Shown here piece after piece: positions 42,801-57,000 of a DNA stretch of 64,000 bases. This stretch comes from Eledone cirrhosa. Its lineage: Eukaryota. The DNA lies in the NCBI GenBank assembly GCA_964016885.1, contig OZ024742.1, positions 342,674,001 to 342,738,000 of the forward strand. The letters are read 5' to 3'. Position numbers and translations under genes: made by a program. Under the pieces are notes generated by a model that had not been told where the DNA came from, searched no databases, and saw only the letters and a list, made by a program, of their open reading frames with translations. Every line of letters begins with the position of its first letter. Within the stretch, counting starts at the first letter, position 1.

Positions 42801-44340
42801 GAAGTATGTGATTTACAGTGGTATGAAGTATGTGATCTACAGTGGTATGAAGTATGTGATCTCCTGTGGTATGAAGTATGTGATCTACAGTGGTATGAAG
42901 TATGTGATCTCCAGTGGTCTGAAGTATGTGATCTACAGTGGTATGAAGTATGTGATATCCTGTGGTATGAAGTATGTGATCTCCAGTGGTATGAAGTATG
43001 TCAGCTCCAGTGGTATGAAGTATGTGATCTCCTGTGGTATGAGGTATGTGATCTACAGTGGTATGAAGTATGTGATCTCCAGTGGTATGAAGTATGTGAT
43101 CTACAGTGGTATGAAGTATGTGATATCCTGTGGTATGAAGTATGTGATCTCCTGTGGTATGAGGTATGTCAGCTCCAGTGGTATGAAGTATGTGATCTCC
43201 AGTTGTATGAAGTATGTGATCTACAGTGGTATGAAGTATGTAATATCCTGTGGTATGAAGTATGTGATCTGCAGTGGTATGAAGTATGTCAGCTCCAGTG
43301 GTATGAAGTATGTGATCTCCAGTGGTATGAAGTATGCGATCTACAGTGGTATGAAGTATGTGATCTCCTGTGGTATGAAGTATGTGATCTAAAGTGGTAT
43401 GAAGTATGTTAGCTCCTGTGGTATGAAGTATGTGATCTCCAGTGGTATGAAGTATGTGATCTAAAGTGGTATGAAGTATGTGATCTACAGTGGTATGAAG
43501 TATGTAATCTCCAGTGGTATGAAGTATGTGATCTACAGTGGTATGAAGTATGTGATCTCCAGTGGTATGAAGTATGTCAGCTCCAGTGGTATGAAGTATG
43601 TGATCTCATGTGGTATGAAGTATGTGATCTACAGTGGTATGAAGTATGTTAGCTCCTGTGGTATGAAGTATGTGATCTCCAGTGGTATGAAGTATGTGAT
43701 CTACAGTGGTATGAAGTATGTAATCTCCTGTGGTATGAAGTATGTGATCTACAGTGGTATGAAGTATGTGATCTACAGTGGTATGAAGTATGTGATTTAC
43801 AGTGGTATGACGTATGTGATCTACAGTGGTATGAAGTATGTGATCTCCTGTGGTATGAAGTATGTGATCTACAGTGGTATGAAGTATGTGATCTCCAGTG
43901 GTATGAAGTATGTGATCTACAGTGGTATGAAGTATGTGATATCCTGTGGTATGAAGTATGTGATCTACAGTGGTATGAAGTATGTCATCTCCAGTGGTAT
44001 GAAGTATGTGATCTCCTGTGGTATGAAGTATGTGATATACAGTGGTATGAAGTATGTGATCTCCAGTGGTATGAAGTATGTGATCTACAGTGGTATGAAG
44101 TATGTGATATCCTGTGGTATGAAGTATGTGAACTCCAGTGGTATGAAGAATGTAATCTCCAGTGGTATGAAGTATGTGATTGTGGTATGAAGTATGTGAT
44201 CTCCAGTAGTATGAAGTATTTCAGCTCCAGTGGTATAAACTATGTCAGCTCCAGTGGTATGAAGTATGTGATCTACAGTGGTATGAAGTATGTGATCTCC
44301 AGTGGTATGAAGTATGTGATCTCCTGTGGTATGAAGTATG
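29940..44340 (+). repeat. Tandem higher-order duplication with about 6.9 kb period; the second copy is longer by 96 bp and by a further 504 bp
   Basis: ORF-track landmarks are offset by 6899 (30154/37053, 30893/37792, 31286/38185, 31609/38508, 32843/39742), then 6995 (33601/40596, 34733/41728), then 7499 (35972/43471). Shared private variants include GATGTCCTG, GGTATTTAG, GTGACATCC and GTCATCTTCTG. Confidence 0.92.
41990..42990 (+). repeat. 504-bp (21-unit) local tandem duplication
   Basis: AGTTCTATTAAG occurs at 42001 and 42505, and AAGTGTGTG at 42228 and 42732. GGTCTGAAG is repeated at the same offset. Confidence 0.9.
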
Positions 44341-47300
44341 TGATCTACAGTGGTATGAAGTATGTGATATCCTGTGGTATGAAGTATGTGATCTCCAGTG
44401 GTATGAAGTATGTCAGCTCCAGTGGTATGAAGTATGTGATCTCCTGTGGTATGAAGTATGTGATATCCAGTGGTATGAAGTATGTGATCTCCAGTGGTAT
44501 GAAGTATGTGATCTCCAGTGGTATGAAGTATGTGATCTCCAGTGGTATGAAGTATGTGATCTCCAGTGGTATGAAGTATGTGATATCCAGTGGTATGAAG
44601 TATGTGATCTACAGTGGTATGAAGTATGTGATCTCCAGTGGTATGAAGTATGTGATATCCAGTGGTATGAAGTATGTGATCTACAGTGGTATGAAGTATG
44701 TCAGCTCCAGTGGTATGAAGTATGTGATCTCCTGTGGTATGAAGTATGTGATCTACAGTCGGATAAAGTATGTGATCTCCAGTGGTATGAAGTATGTGAT
44801 CTACAGTGGTATGAAGTATGTAATCTCCAGTGGTATGAAGTATGTGATCTACAGTGGTATGAAGTATGTGATCTACAGTGGTATGAAGTATGTGATCTCC
44901 AGTGGTATGAAGTATGTCAGCTCCAGTGGTATGAAGTATGTGATCTCCTGTGGTATGAAGTATGTGATCTACAGTGGTATGAAGTATGTGATCTCCAGTG
45001 GTATGAAGTATGTGATCTACAGTCGAATGAAGTATGTAATCTCCAGTGGTATGAAGTATGTGATCTACAGTGGTATGAAGTATGTAATCTCCAGTGGTAT
45101 GAAGTATGTGATCTACAGTGGTATGAAGTATGTGATCTCCAGTGGTATGAAGTATGTCAGCTCCAGTGGTATGAAGTATGTGATCTACAGTGGTATGAAG
45201 TATGTTATCTACAGTGGTATGAAGTATGTGATCTCCAGTGGTATGAAATATGTTAGCTCCAGTGGTATGAAGTGTGTGATCTACAGTGGTATGAAGTATG
45301 TGATCTCCAGTGGTATGAAGTATGTGATCTACAGTGGTATGAAGTATGTGATTTACAGTGGTATGAAGTATGTGATCTACAGTGGTATGAAGTATGTGAT
45401 CTCCTGTGGTATGAAGTATGTGATCTACAGTGGTATGAAGTATGTGATCTCCAGTGGTCTGAAGTATGTGATCTACAGTGGTATGAAGTATGTGATATCC
45501 TGTGGTATGAAGTATGTGATCTCCAATGGTATGAAGTATGTCAGCTCCAGTGGTATGAAGTATGTGATCTCCTGTGGTATGAAGTATGTGATCTACAGTG
45601 GTATGAAGCAAGTGATCTCCAGTGGTATGAAGTATGTGATCTACAGTGGTATGAAGTATGTGATCTCCTGTGGTATGAAGTATGTGATCTACAGTGGTAT
45701 GAAGTATGTTAGCTCCTGTGGTATGAAGTATTTGATCTCCAGTGGTATGAAGTATGTGATCTAAAGTGGTATGAAGTATGTGATCTACAGTGGTATGAAG
45801 TATGTGATTTCCAGTGGTATGAAGTATGTCAGCTCCAGTGGTATGAAGTATATGATCTCCTGTGGTATGAAGTATGTGATCTACAGTGGTATGAAGTATG
45901 CTAGCTCCTGTGGTATGAAGTATGTGATCTCCAGTGGTATGAAGTATGTGATCTACAGTGGTATGAAGTATGTAATCTACAGTGGTATGAAGTATGTGAT
46001 CTACAGTGGTATGAAGTATGTGATCTACAGAGGTATGAAGTATGTGATTTACAGTGGTATGAAGTATGTGATCTACAGTGGTATGAAGTATGTGATCTCC
46101 TGTGGTATGAAGTATGTGATCTACAGTGGTATGAAGTATGTGATCTCCAGTGGTATGAAGTATGTGATCTACAGTGGTATGAAGTATGTGATATCCTGTG
46201 GTATGAAGTATGTGATCTCCAGTGGTATGAAGTATGTCAGCTCCAGTGGTATGAAGTATGTGATCTCCAGTTGTATGAAGTATGTGATCTACAGTGGTAT
46301 GAAGTATGCGATCGCCTGTGGTATGAAGTATGTGATCTACAGTGGTATGAAGTATGTTAGCTCCTGTGGTATGAAGTATGTGATCTCCAGTGGTATGAAG
46401 TATGTGATCTCCAGTGGTATGAAGTATGTGATCTACAGTGGTATGAAGTATGTGATCTCCTGTGGTATGAAGTATGTGATCTACAGTGGTATGAAGTATG
46501 TGATCTCCAGTGGTATGAAGTATGTGATCTACAGTGGTATGAAGTATGTGATCTACAGTGGTATGAAGCATGTGATCTACAGTGGTATGAAGTATGTGAT
46601 ATCCTGTGGTATGAAGCATGTGATATCCTGTGGTATGAAGTATGTGATCTCTAGTGGTATGAAGTATGTGATCTCCAGTGGTATGAATTATGTGATCTCC
46701 AGTGGTATGAAGTATGTGATATCCGGTGGTATGAAGTATGTGATCTCCAGTGGTATGAAGTATGTGATCTCCAGTGGTATGAAGTATATGATCTCCGTGG
46801 TATGAAGTATGTGATCTACAGTGGTATGAAGTATGTGATCTCCAGTAGTATGAAGTATGTCAGCTCCAGTGGTATGAAGTATGTCAGCTCCAGTGGTATG
46901 AAGTATGTGATCTACAGTGGTATGAAGTATGTGATTTCCAGTGGTATGAAGTATGTCAACTCCAGTGGTATGAAGTATGTCAGCTCCAGTGGTATGAAGT
47001 ATGTGATCTACAGTGGTATGAAGTATGTGATCTCCAGTGGTATGAAGTATGTCAACTCCAGTGGTATGAAGTATGTGATCTCCAGTGGTATGAAGTATGT
47101 GATCTCCAGTGGTATGAAGTATGTGATCTCCAGTGGTATGAAGTATGTCAGCTCCAGTGGTATGAAGTATGTGATATCCAGTGGTATGAAGTATGTGATC
47201 TACAGTGGTATGAAGTATGTGATCCAGTGGTATGAAGTATGTGATATCCAGTGGTATGAAGTATGTGATCTACAGTGGTATGAAGTATGTCAGCTCCAGT

Positions 47301-50300
47301 GGTATGAAGTATGTGATCTCCTGTGGTATGAAGTATGTGATCTACAGTGGTATGAAGTATGTGATCTCCAGTGGTATGAAGTATGTGATCTACAGTGGTA
47401 TGAAGTATGTAATCTCCAGTGGTATGAAGTATGTGATCTACAGTGGTATGATGTATGTGATCTACAGTGGTATGAAGTATGTGATCTCCAGTGGTATGAA
47501 GTATGTCAGCTCCAGTGGTATGAAGTATGTGATCTCCTGTGGTATGAAGTATGTGATCTACAGTGGTATGAAGTATGTGATCTCCAGTGGTATGAAGTAT
47601 GTGATCTACAGTGGAATGAAGTATGTAATCTCCAGTGGTATGGAGTATGTGATCTACAGTGGTATGAAGTATGTGATCTCCAGTGGTATGAAGTATGTGA
47701 TCTACAGTGGTATGAAGTATGTAATCTCCAGTGGTATGAAGTATGTGATCTACAGTGGTATGAAGTATGTGATCTCCAGTGGTATGAAGTATGTCAGCTC
47801 CAGTGGTATGAAGTATGTGATCCCCTGTGGTATGAAGTATGTGATCTACAGTGGTATGAAGTATGTGATCTCCAGTGGTATAAAGTATGTGATCTACACT
47901 GGTATGAAGTATGTTATCTACAGTGGTATGAAGTATGTGATCTCCAGTGGTATGAAGTATGTTAGCTCCAGTGGTATGAAGTGTGTGATCTACAGTGGTA
48001 TGAAGTATGTGATCTCCAGTGGTATGAAGTATGTGATCTACAGTGGTATGAAGTATGTGATTTACAGTGGTATGAAGTATGTGATCTACAGTGGTATGAA
48101 GTATGTGATCTCCTGTGGTATGAAGTATGTGATCTACAGTGGTATGAAGTATGTGATCTCCAGTGGTCTATAGTATGTGATCTACAGTGGTATGAAGTAT
48201 GTGATATCCTGTGGTATGAAGTATGTGATCTCCAGTGGTATGAAGTATGTCAGCTCCAGTGGTATGAAGTATGTGATCTCCTGTGGTATGAAGTATGTGA
48301 TCTACAGTGGTATGAAGTATGTGATCTCCAGTGGTATGAAGTATGTGATCTATAGTGGTATGAAGTATGTGATATCCTGTGGTATGAAGTATGTGATCTC
48401 CAGTGGTATGAAGTATGTCAGCTCCAGTGGTATGAAGTATGTGATCTCCAGGGGTATGAAGTATGCGGTCTACAGTGGTATGAAGTATGTGATCTCCTGT
48501 GGTATGAAGTATGTGATCTACAGTGGTATGAAGTATGTTAGCTCCTGTGGTATGAAGTATGTGATCTCCAGTGGTATGAAGTATGTGATCTAAAGTGGTA
48601 TGAAGTATGTGATCTACAGTGGTATGAAGTATGTAATCTCCAGTGGTATGAAGTATGTGATCTACAGTGGTATGAAGTATGTGATCTCCAGTGGTATGAA
48701 GTATGTCAACTCCAGTGGTATGAAGTATGTTATCTCCTGTGGTATGAAGTATGTGATCTACAGTGGTATGAAGTATGTTAGCTCCTGTGGTATGAAGTAT
48801 GTGATCTCCAGTGGTATGAAGTATGTTATCTACAGTGGTATGAAGTATGTAATCTCCAGTGGTATGAAGTATGTGATCTACAGTGGTATGAAGTATGTGA
48901 TCTCCTGTGGTATGAAGTATGTGATCTACAGTGGTATGAAGTATGTGATCTCCAGTGGTATGAAGTATGTGATCTACAGTGGTATGAAGTATGTGATATC
49001 CTGTGGTATGAAGTATGTGATCTACAGTGGTATGAAGTATGTCATCTCCAGTGGTATGAAGTATGTGATCTCCTGTGGTATGAAGTATGTGATATACAGT
49101 GGTATGAAGTATGTGATCTCCAGTGGTATGAAGTATGTGATCTACAGTGGTATGAAGTATGTGATATCCTGTGGTATGAAGTATGTGAACTCCAGTGGTA
49201 TGAAGTATGTAATCTCCAGTGGTATGAAGTATGTGATTGTGGTATGAAGTATGTGATCTCCAGTAGTATGAAGTATTTCAGCTCCAGTGGTATGAACTAT
49301 GTCAGCTCCAGTGGTATGAAGTATGTGATCTACAGTGGTATGAAGTATGTGATCTCCAGTGGTATGAAGTATGTGATCTCCTGTGGTATGAAGTATGTGA
49401 TCTACAGTGGTATGAAGTATGTGATATCCTGTGGTATGAAGTATGTGATCTCCAGTGGTATGAAGTATGTCAGCTCCAGTGGTATGAAGTATGTGATCTC
49501 CTGTGGTATGAAGTATGTGATATCCAGTGGTATGAAGTATGTGATCTCCAGTGGTATGAAGTATGTGATCTCCAGTGGTATGAAGTATGTGATCTACAGT
49601 GGTATGAAGTATGTGATCTCCAGTGGTATGAAGTATGTGATATCCAGTGGTATGAAGTATGTGATCTACAGTGGTATGAAGTATGTGATCTCCAGTGGTA
49701 TGAAGTATGTGATATCCAGTGGTATGAAGTATGTGATCTACAGTGGTATGAAGTATGTCAGCTCCAGTGGTATGAAGTATGTGATCTCCTGTGGTATGAA
49801 GTATGTGATCTACAGTCGGATAAAGTATGTGATCTCAAGTGGTATGAAGTATGTGATCTACAGTGGTATGAAGTATGTAATCTCCAGTGGTATGAAGTAT
49901 GTGATCTACAGTGGTATGAAGTATGTGATCTACAGTGGTATGAAGTATGTGATCTCCAGTGGTATGAAGTATGTCAGCTCCAGTGGTATGAAGTATGTGA
50001 TCTCCTGTGGTATGAAGTATGTGATCTACAGTGGTATGAAGTATGTGATCTCCAGTGGTATGAAGTATGTGATCTACAGTCGAATGAAGTATGTAATCTC
50101 CAGTGGTATGAAGTATGTGATCTACAGTGGTATGAAGTATGTAATCTCCAGTGGTATGAAGTATGTGATCTACAGTGGTATGAAGTATGTGATCTCCAGT
50201 GGTATGAAGTATGTCAGCTCCAGTGGTATGAAGTATGTGATCTACAGTGGTATGAAGTATGTTATCTACAGTGGTATGAAGTATGTGATCTCCAGTGGTA

Positions 50301-53300
50301 TGAAATATGTTAGCTCCAGTGGTATGAAGTGTGTGATCTACAGTGGTATGAAGTATGTGATCTCCAGTGGTATGAAGTATGTGATCTACAGTGGTATGAA
50401 GTATGTGATTTACAGTGGTATGAAGTATGTGATCTACAGTGGTATGAAGTATGTGATCTCCTGTGGTATGAAGTATGTGATCTACAGTGGTATGAAGTAT
50501 GTGATCTCCAGTGGTCTGAAGTATGTGATCTACAGTGGTATGAAGTATGTGATATCCTGTGGTATGAAGTATGTGATCTCCAATGGTATGAAGTATGTCA
50601 GCTCCAGTGGTATGAAGTATGTGATCTCCTGTGGTATGAAGTATGTGATCTACAGTGGTATGAAGCAAGTGATCTCCAGTGGTATGAAGTATGTGATCTA
50701 CAGTGGTATGAAGTATGTGATCTCCTGTGGTATGAAGTATGTGATCTACAGTGGTATGAAGTATGTTAGCTCCTGTGGTATGAAGTATTTGATCTCCAGT
50801 GGTATGAAGTATGTGATCTAAAGTGGTATGAAGTATGTGATCTACAGTGGTATGAAGTATGTGATTTCCAGTGGTATGAAGTATGTCAGCTCCAGTGGTA
50901 TGAAGTATATGATCTCCTGTGGTATGAAGTATGTGATCTACAGTGGTATGAAGTATGCTAGCTCCTGTGGTATGAAGTATGTGATCTCCAGTGGTATGAA
51001 GTATGTGATCTACAGTGGTATGAAGTATGTAATCTCCAGTGGTATGAAGTATGTGATCTACAGTGGTATGAAGTATGTGATCTACAGAGGTATGAAGTAT
51101 GTGATTTACAGTGGTATGAAGTATGTGATCTACAGTGGTATGAAGTATGTGATCTCCTGTGGTATGAAGTATGTGATCTACAGTGGTATGAAGTATGTGA
51201 TCTCCAGTGGTATGAAGTATGTGATCTACAGTGGTATGAAGTATGTGATATCCTGTGGTATGAAGTATGTGATCTCCAGTGGTATGAAGTATGTCAGCTC
51301 CAGTGGTATGAAGTATGTGATCTCCTGTGGTATGAAGTATGTGATCTACAGTGGTATGAAGTATGTGATCACCAGTGGTATGAAGTATGTGATCTACAGT
51401 GGTATGAAGTATGTGATATCCTGTGGTATGAAGTATGTGATCTCCAGTGGTATGAAGTATGTCAGCTCCAGTGGTATGAAGTATGTGATCTCCAGTTGTA
51501 TGAAGTATGTGATCTACAGTGGTATGAAGTATGCGATCGCCTGTGGTATGAAGTATGTGATCTACAGTGGTATGAAGTATGTTAGCTCCTGTGGTATGAA
51601 GTATGTGATCTCCAGTGGTATGAAGTATGTGATCTCCAGTGGTATGAAGTATGTGATCTACAGTGGTATGAAGTATGTGATCTCCTGTGGTATGAAGTAT
51701 GTGATCTACAGTGGTATGAAGTATGTGATCTCCAGTGGTATGAAGTATGTGATCTACAGTGGTATGAAGTATGTGATCTACAGTGGTATGAAGCATGTGA
51801 TCTACAGTGGTATGAAGTATGTGATATCCTGTGGTATGAAGCATGTGATATCCTGTGGTATGAAGTATGTGATCTCTAGTGGTATGAAGTATGTGATCTC
51901 CAGTGGTATGAATTATGTGATCTCCAGTGGTATGAAGTATGTGATATCCTGTGGTATGAAGTATGTGATCTCCAGTGGTATGAAGTATGTGATCTCCAGT
52001 GGTATGATGTATATGATCTCCGTGGTATGAAGTATGTGATCTACAGTGGTATGAAGTATGTGATCTCCAGTAGTATGAAGTATGTCAGCTCCAGTGGTAT
52101 GAAGTATGTCAGCTCCAGTGGTATGAAGTATGTGATCTACAGTGGTATGAAGTATGTGATTTCCAGTGGTATGAAGTATGTCAACTCCAGTGGTATGAAG
52201 TATGTCAGCTCCAGTGGTATGAAGTATGTGATCTACAGTGGTATGAAGTATGTGATCTCCAGTGGTATGAAGTATGTCAACTCCAGTGGTATGAAGTATG
52301 TGATCTCCAGTGGTATGAAGTATGTGATCTCCAGTGGTATGAAGTATGTGATCTCCAGTGGTATGAAGTATGTCAGCTCCAGTGGTATGAAGTATGTGAT
52401 ATCCAGTGGTATGAAGTATGTGATCTACAGTGGTATGAAGTATGTGATCCAGTGGTATGAAGTATGTGATATCCAGTGGTATGAAGTATGTGATCTACAG
52501 TGGTATGAAGTATGTCAGCTCCAGTAGTATGAAGTATGTGATCTCCTGTGGTATGAAGTATGTGATCTACAGTGGTATGAAGTATGTGATCTCCAGTGGT
52601 ATGAAGTATGTGATCTACAGTGGTATGAAGTATGTAATCTCCAGTGGTATGAAGTATGTGATCTACAGTGGTATGATGTATGTGATCTACAGTGGTATGA
52701 AGTATGTGATCTCCAGTGGTATGAAGTATGTCAGCTCCAGTGGTATGAAGTATGTGATCTCCTGTGGTATGAAGTATGTGATCTACAGTGGTATGAAGTA
52801 TGTGATCTCCAGTGGTATGAAGTATGTGATCTACAGTGGAATGAAGTATGTAATCTCCAGTGGTATGAAGTATGTGATCTACAGTGGTATGAAGTATGTG
52901 ATCTCCAGTGGTATGAAGTATGTTAGCTCCAATGGTATGAAGTGTGTGATCTACAGTGGTATGAAGTATGTGATCTCCAGTGGTATGAAGTATGTGATCT
53001 ACAGTGGTATGAAGTATGTAATCTCCAGTGGTATGAAGTATGTGATCTACAGTGGTATGAAGTATGTGATCTCCAGTGGTATGAAGTATGTCAACTCCAG
53101 TGGTATGAAGTATGTTATCTCCTGTGGTATGAAGTATGTGATCTACAGTGGTATGAAGTATGTTAGCTCCTGTGGTATGAAGTATGTGATCTCCAGTGGT
53201 ATGAAGTATGTTATCTACAGTGGTATGAAGTATGTAATCTCCAGTGGTATGAAGTATGTGATCTACAGTGGTATGAAGTATGTGATCTCCTGTGGTATGA

Positions 53301-56300
53301 AGTATGTGATCTACAGTGGTATGAAGTATGTGATATCCTGTGGTATGAAGTATGTGATCTCCAGTGGTATGAAGTATGTCAGCTCCAGTGGTATGAAGTA
53401 TGTGATCTCCTGTGGTATGAAGTATGTGATATCCAGTGGTATGAAGTATGTGATCTCCAGTGGTATGAAGTATGTGATCTCCAGTGGTATGAAGTATGTG
53501 ATCTACAGTGGTATGAAGTATGTAATCTCCAGTGGTATGAAGTATGTGATTGTGGTATGAAGTATGTGATCTCCAGTAGTATGAAGTATTTCAGCTCCAG
53601 TGGTATGAACTATGTCAGCTCCAGTGGTATGAAGTATGTGATCTACAGTGGTATGAAGTATGTGATCTCCAGTGGTATGAAGTATGTGATCTCCTGTGGT
53701 ATGAAGTATGTGATCTACAGTGGTATGAAGTATGTGATATCCTGTGGTATGAAGTATGTGATCTCCAGTGGTATGAAGTATGTCAGCTCCAGTGGTATGA
53801 AGTATGTGATCTCCTGTGGTATGAAGTATGTGATATCCAGTGGTATGAAGTATGTGATCTCCAGTGGTATGAAGTATGTGATCTCCAGTGGTATGAAGTA
53901 TGTGATCTACAGTGGTATGAAGTATGTGATCTCCAGTGGTATGAAGTATGTGATATCCAGTGGTATGAAGTATGTGATCTACAGTGGTATGAAGTATGTG
54001 ATCCCCAGTGGTATGAAGTATGTGATATCCAGTGGTATGAAGTATGTGATCTACAGTGGTATGAAGTATGTCAGCTCCAGTGGTATGAAGTATGTGATCT
54101 CCTGTGGTATGAAGTATGTGATCTACAGTCGGATAAAGTATGTGATCTCCAGTGGTATGAAGTATGTGATCTACAGTGGTATGAAGTATGTAATCTCCAG
54201 TGGTATGAAGTATGTGATCTACAGTGGTATGAAGTATGTGATCTACAGTGGTATGAAGTATGTGATCTCCAGTGGTATGAAGTATGTCAGCTCCAGTGGT
54301 ATGAAGTATGTGATCTCCTGTGGTATGAAGTATGTGATCTACAGTGGTATGAAGTATGTGATCTCCAGTGGTATGAAGTATGTGATCTACAGTCGAATGA
54401 AGTATGTAATCTCCAGTGGTATGAAGTATGTGATCTACAGTGGTATGAAGTATGTAATCTCCAGTGGTATGAAGTATGTGATCTACAGTGGTATGAAGTA
54501 TGTGATCTCCAGTGGTATGAAGTATGTCAGCTCCAGTGGTATGAAGTATGTGATCTACAGTGGTATGAAGTATGTTATCTACAGTGGTATGAAGTATGTG
54601 ATCTCCAGTGGTATGAAATATGTTAGCTCCAGTGGTATGAAGTGTGTGATCTACAGTGGTATGAAGTATGTGATCTCCAGTGGTATGAAGTATGTGATCT
54701 ACAGTGGTATGAAGTATGTGATTTACAGTGGTATGAAGTATGTGATCTACAGTGGTATGAAGTATGTGATCTCCTGTGGTATGAAGTATGTGATCTACAG
54801 TGGTATGAAGTATGTGATCTCCAGTGGTCTGAAGTATGTGATCTACAGTGGTATGAAGTATGTGATATCCTGTGGTATGAAGTATGTGATCTCCAATGGT
54901 ATGAAGTATGTCAGCTCCAGTGGTATGAAGTATGTGATCTCCTGTGGTATGAAGTATGTGATCTACAGTGGTATGAAGCAAGTGATCTCCAGTGGTATGA
55001 AGTATGTGATCTACAGTGGTATGAAGTATGTGATCTCCTGTGGTATGAAGTATGTGATCTACAGTGGTATGAAGTATGTTAGCTCCTGTGGTATGAAGTA
55101 TTTGATCTCCAGTGGTATGAAGTATGTGATCTAAAGTGGTATGAAGTATGTGATCTACAGTGGTATGAAGTATGTGATTTCCAGTGGTATGAAGTATGTC
55201 AGCTCCAGTGGTATGAAGTATATGATCTCCTGTGGTATGAAGTATGTGATCTACAGTGGTATGAAGTATGCTAGCTCCTGTGGTATGAAGTATGTGATCT
55301 CCAGTGGTATGAAGTATGTGATCTACAGTGGTATGAAGTATGTAATCTCCAGTGGTATGAAGTATGTGATCTACAGTGGTATGAAGTATGTGATCTACAG
55401 AGGTATGAAGTATGTGATTTACAGTGGTATGAAGTATGTGATCTACAGTGGTATGAAGTATGTGATCTCCTGTGGTATGAAGTATGTGATCTACAGTGGT
55501 ATGAAGTATGTGATCTCCAGTGGTATGAAGTATGTGATCTACAGTGGTATGAAGTATGTGATATCCTGTGGTATGAAGTATGTGATCTCCAGTGGTATGA
55601 AGTATGTAAGCTCCAGTGGTATGACGTATGTGATCTCCTGTGGTATGAAGTATGTGATCTACAGTGGTATGAAGTATGTGATCACCAGTGGTATGAAGTA
55701 TGTGATCTACAGTGGTATGAAGTATGTGATATCCTATGGTATGAAGTATGTGATCTCCAGTGGTATGAAGTATGTCAGCTCCAGTGGTATGAAGTATGTG
55801 ATCTCCAGTTGTATGAAGTATGTGATCTACAGTGGTATGAAGTATGCGATCGCCTGTGGTATGAAGTATGTGATCTACAGTGGTATGAAGTATGTTAGCT
55901 CCTGTGGTATGAAGTATGTGATCTCCAGTGGTATGAAGTATGTGATCTCCAGTGGTATGAAGTATGTGATCTACAGTGGTATGAAGTATGTGATCTCCTG
56001 TGGTATGAAGTATGTGATCTACAGTGGTATGAAGTATGTGATCTCCAGTGGTATGAAGTATGTGATCTACAGTGGTATGAAGTATGTGATCTACAGTGGT
56101 ATGAAGCATGTGATCTACAGTGGTATGAAGTATTGATATCCTGTGGTATGAAGCATGTGATATCCTGTGGTATGAAGTATGTGATCTCTAGTGGTATGAA
56201 GTATGTGATCTCCAGTGGTATGAATTATGTGATCTCCAGCGGTATGAAGTATGTGATATCCTGTGGTATGAAGTATGTGATCTCCAGTGGTATGAAGTAT

Positions 56301-57000
56301 GTGATCTCCAGTGGTATGAAGTATATGATCTCCGTGGTATGAAGTATGTGATCTACAGTGGTATGAAGTATGTGATCTCCAGTAGTATGAAGTATGTCAA
56401 CTCCAGTGGTATGAAGTATGTCAGCTCCAGTGGTATGAAGTATGTGATCTACAGTGGTATGAAGTATGTGATCTCCAGTGGTATGAAGTATGTCAACTCC
56501 AGTGGTATGAAGTATGTGATCTCCAGTGGTATGAAGTATGTGATCTCCAGTGGTATGAAGTATGTGATCTCCAGTGGTATGAAGTATGTCAGCTCCAGTG
56601 GTATGAAGTATGTGATATCCAGTGGTATGAAGTATGTGATCTACAGTGGTATGAAGTATGTCAGCTCCAGTAGTATGAAGTATGTGATCTCCTGTGGTAT
56701 GAAGTATGTGATCTACAGTGGTATGAAGTATGTGATCTCCAGTGGTATGAAGTATGTGATCTACAGTGGTATGAAGTATGTAATCTCCAGTGGTATGAAG
56801 TATGTGATCTACAGTGGTATGATGTATGTGATCTACAGTGGTATGAAGTATGTGATCTCCAGTGGTATGAAGTATGTCAGCTCCAGTGGTATGAAGTATG
56901 TGATCTCCTGTGGTATGAAGTATGTGATCTACAGTGGTATGAAGTATGTGATCTCCAGTGGTATGAAGTATGTGATCTACAGTGGAATGAAGTATGTAAT
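43900..57000 (+). repeat. Three related higher-order copies with offsets of about 5.06 kb and 4.31 kb
   Basis: Near-identical 525-aa ORF translations start at 44187, 49244 and 53557. AAGCAAGTG occurs at ~45606, ~50663 and ~54976. GCGATCGCC, TCCAATGG and the ATCTCCGTGG (-1) variant are shared. Confidence 0.9.

Noticed and set aside
44085-56109. His-rich minus-strand ORFs (HTTGDHIL)n as metal-binding proteins, and Cys/Trp-rich (WYEVCDLQ)n ORFs
   Set aside because: Their starts come from single rare variants (AAGCATG, AAGTGTG), and these frames are open by default in the repeat. There is no independent evidence of expression.
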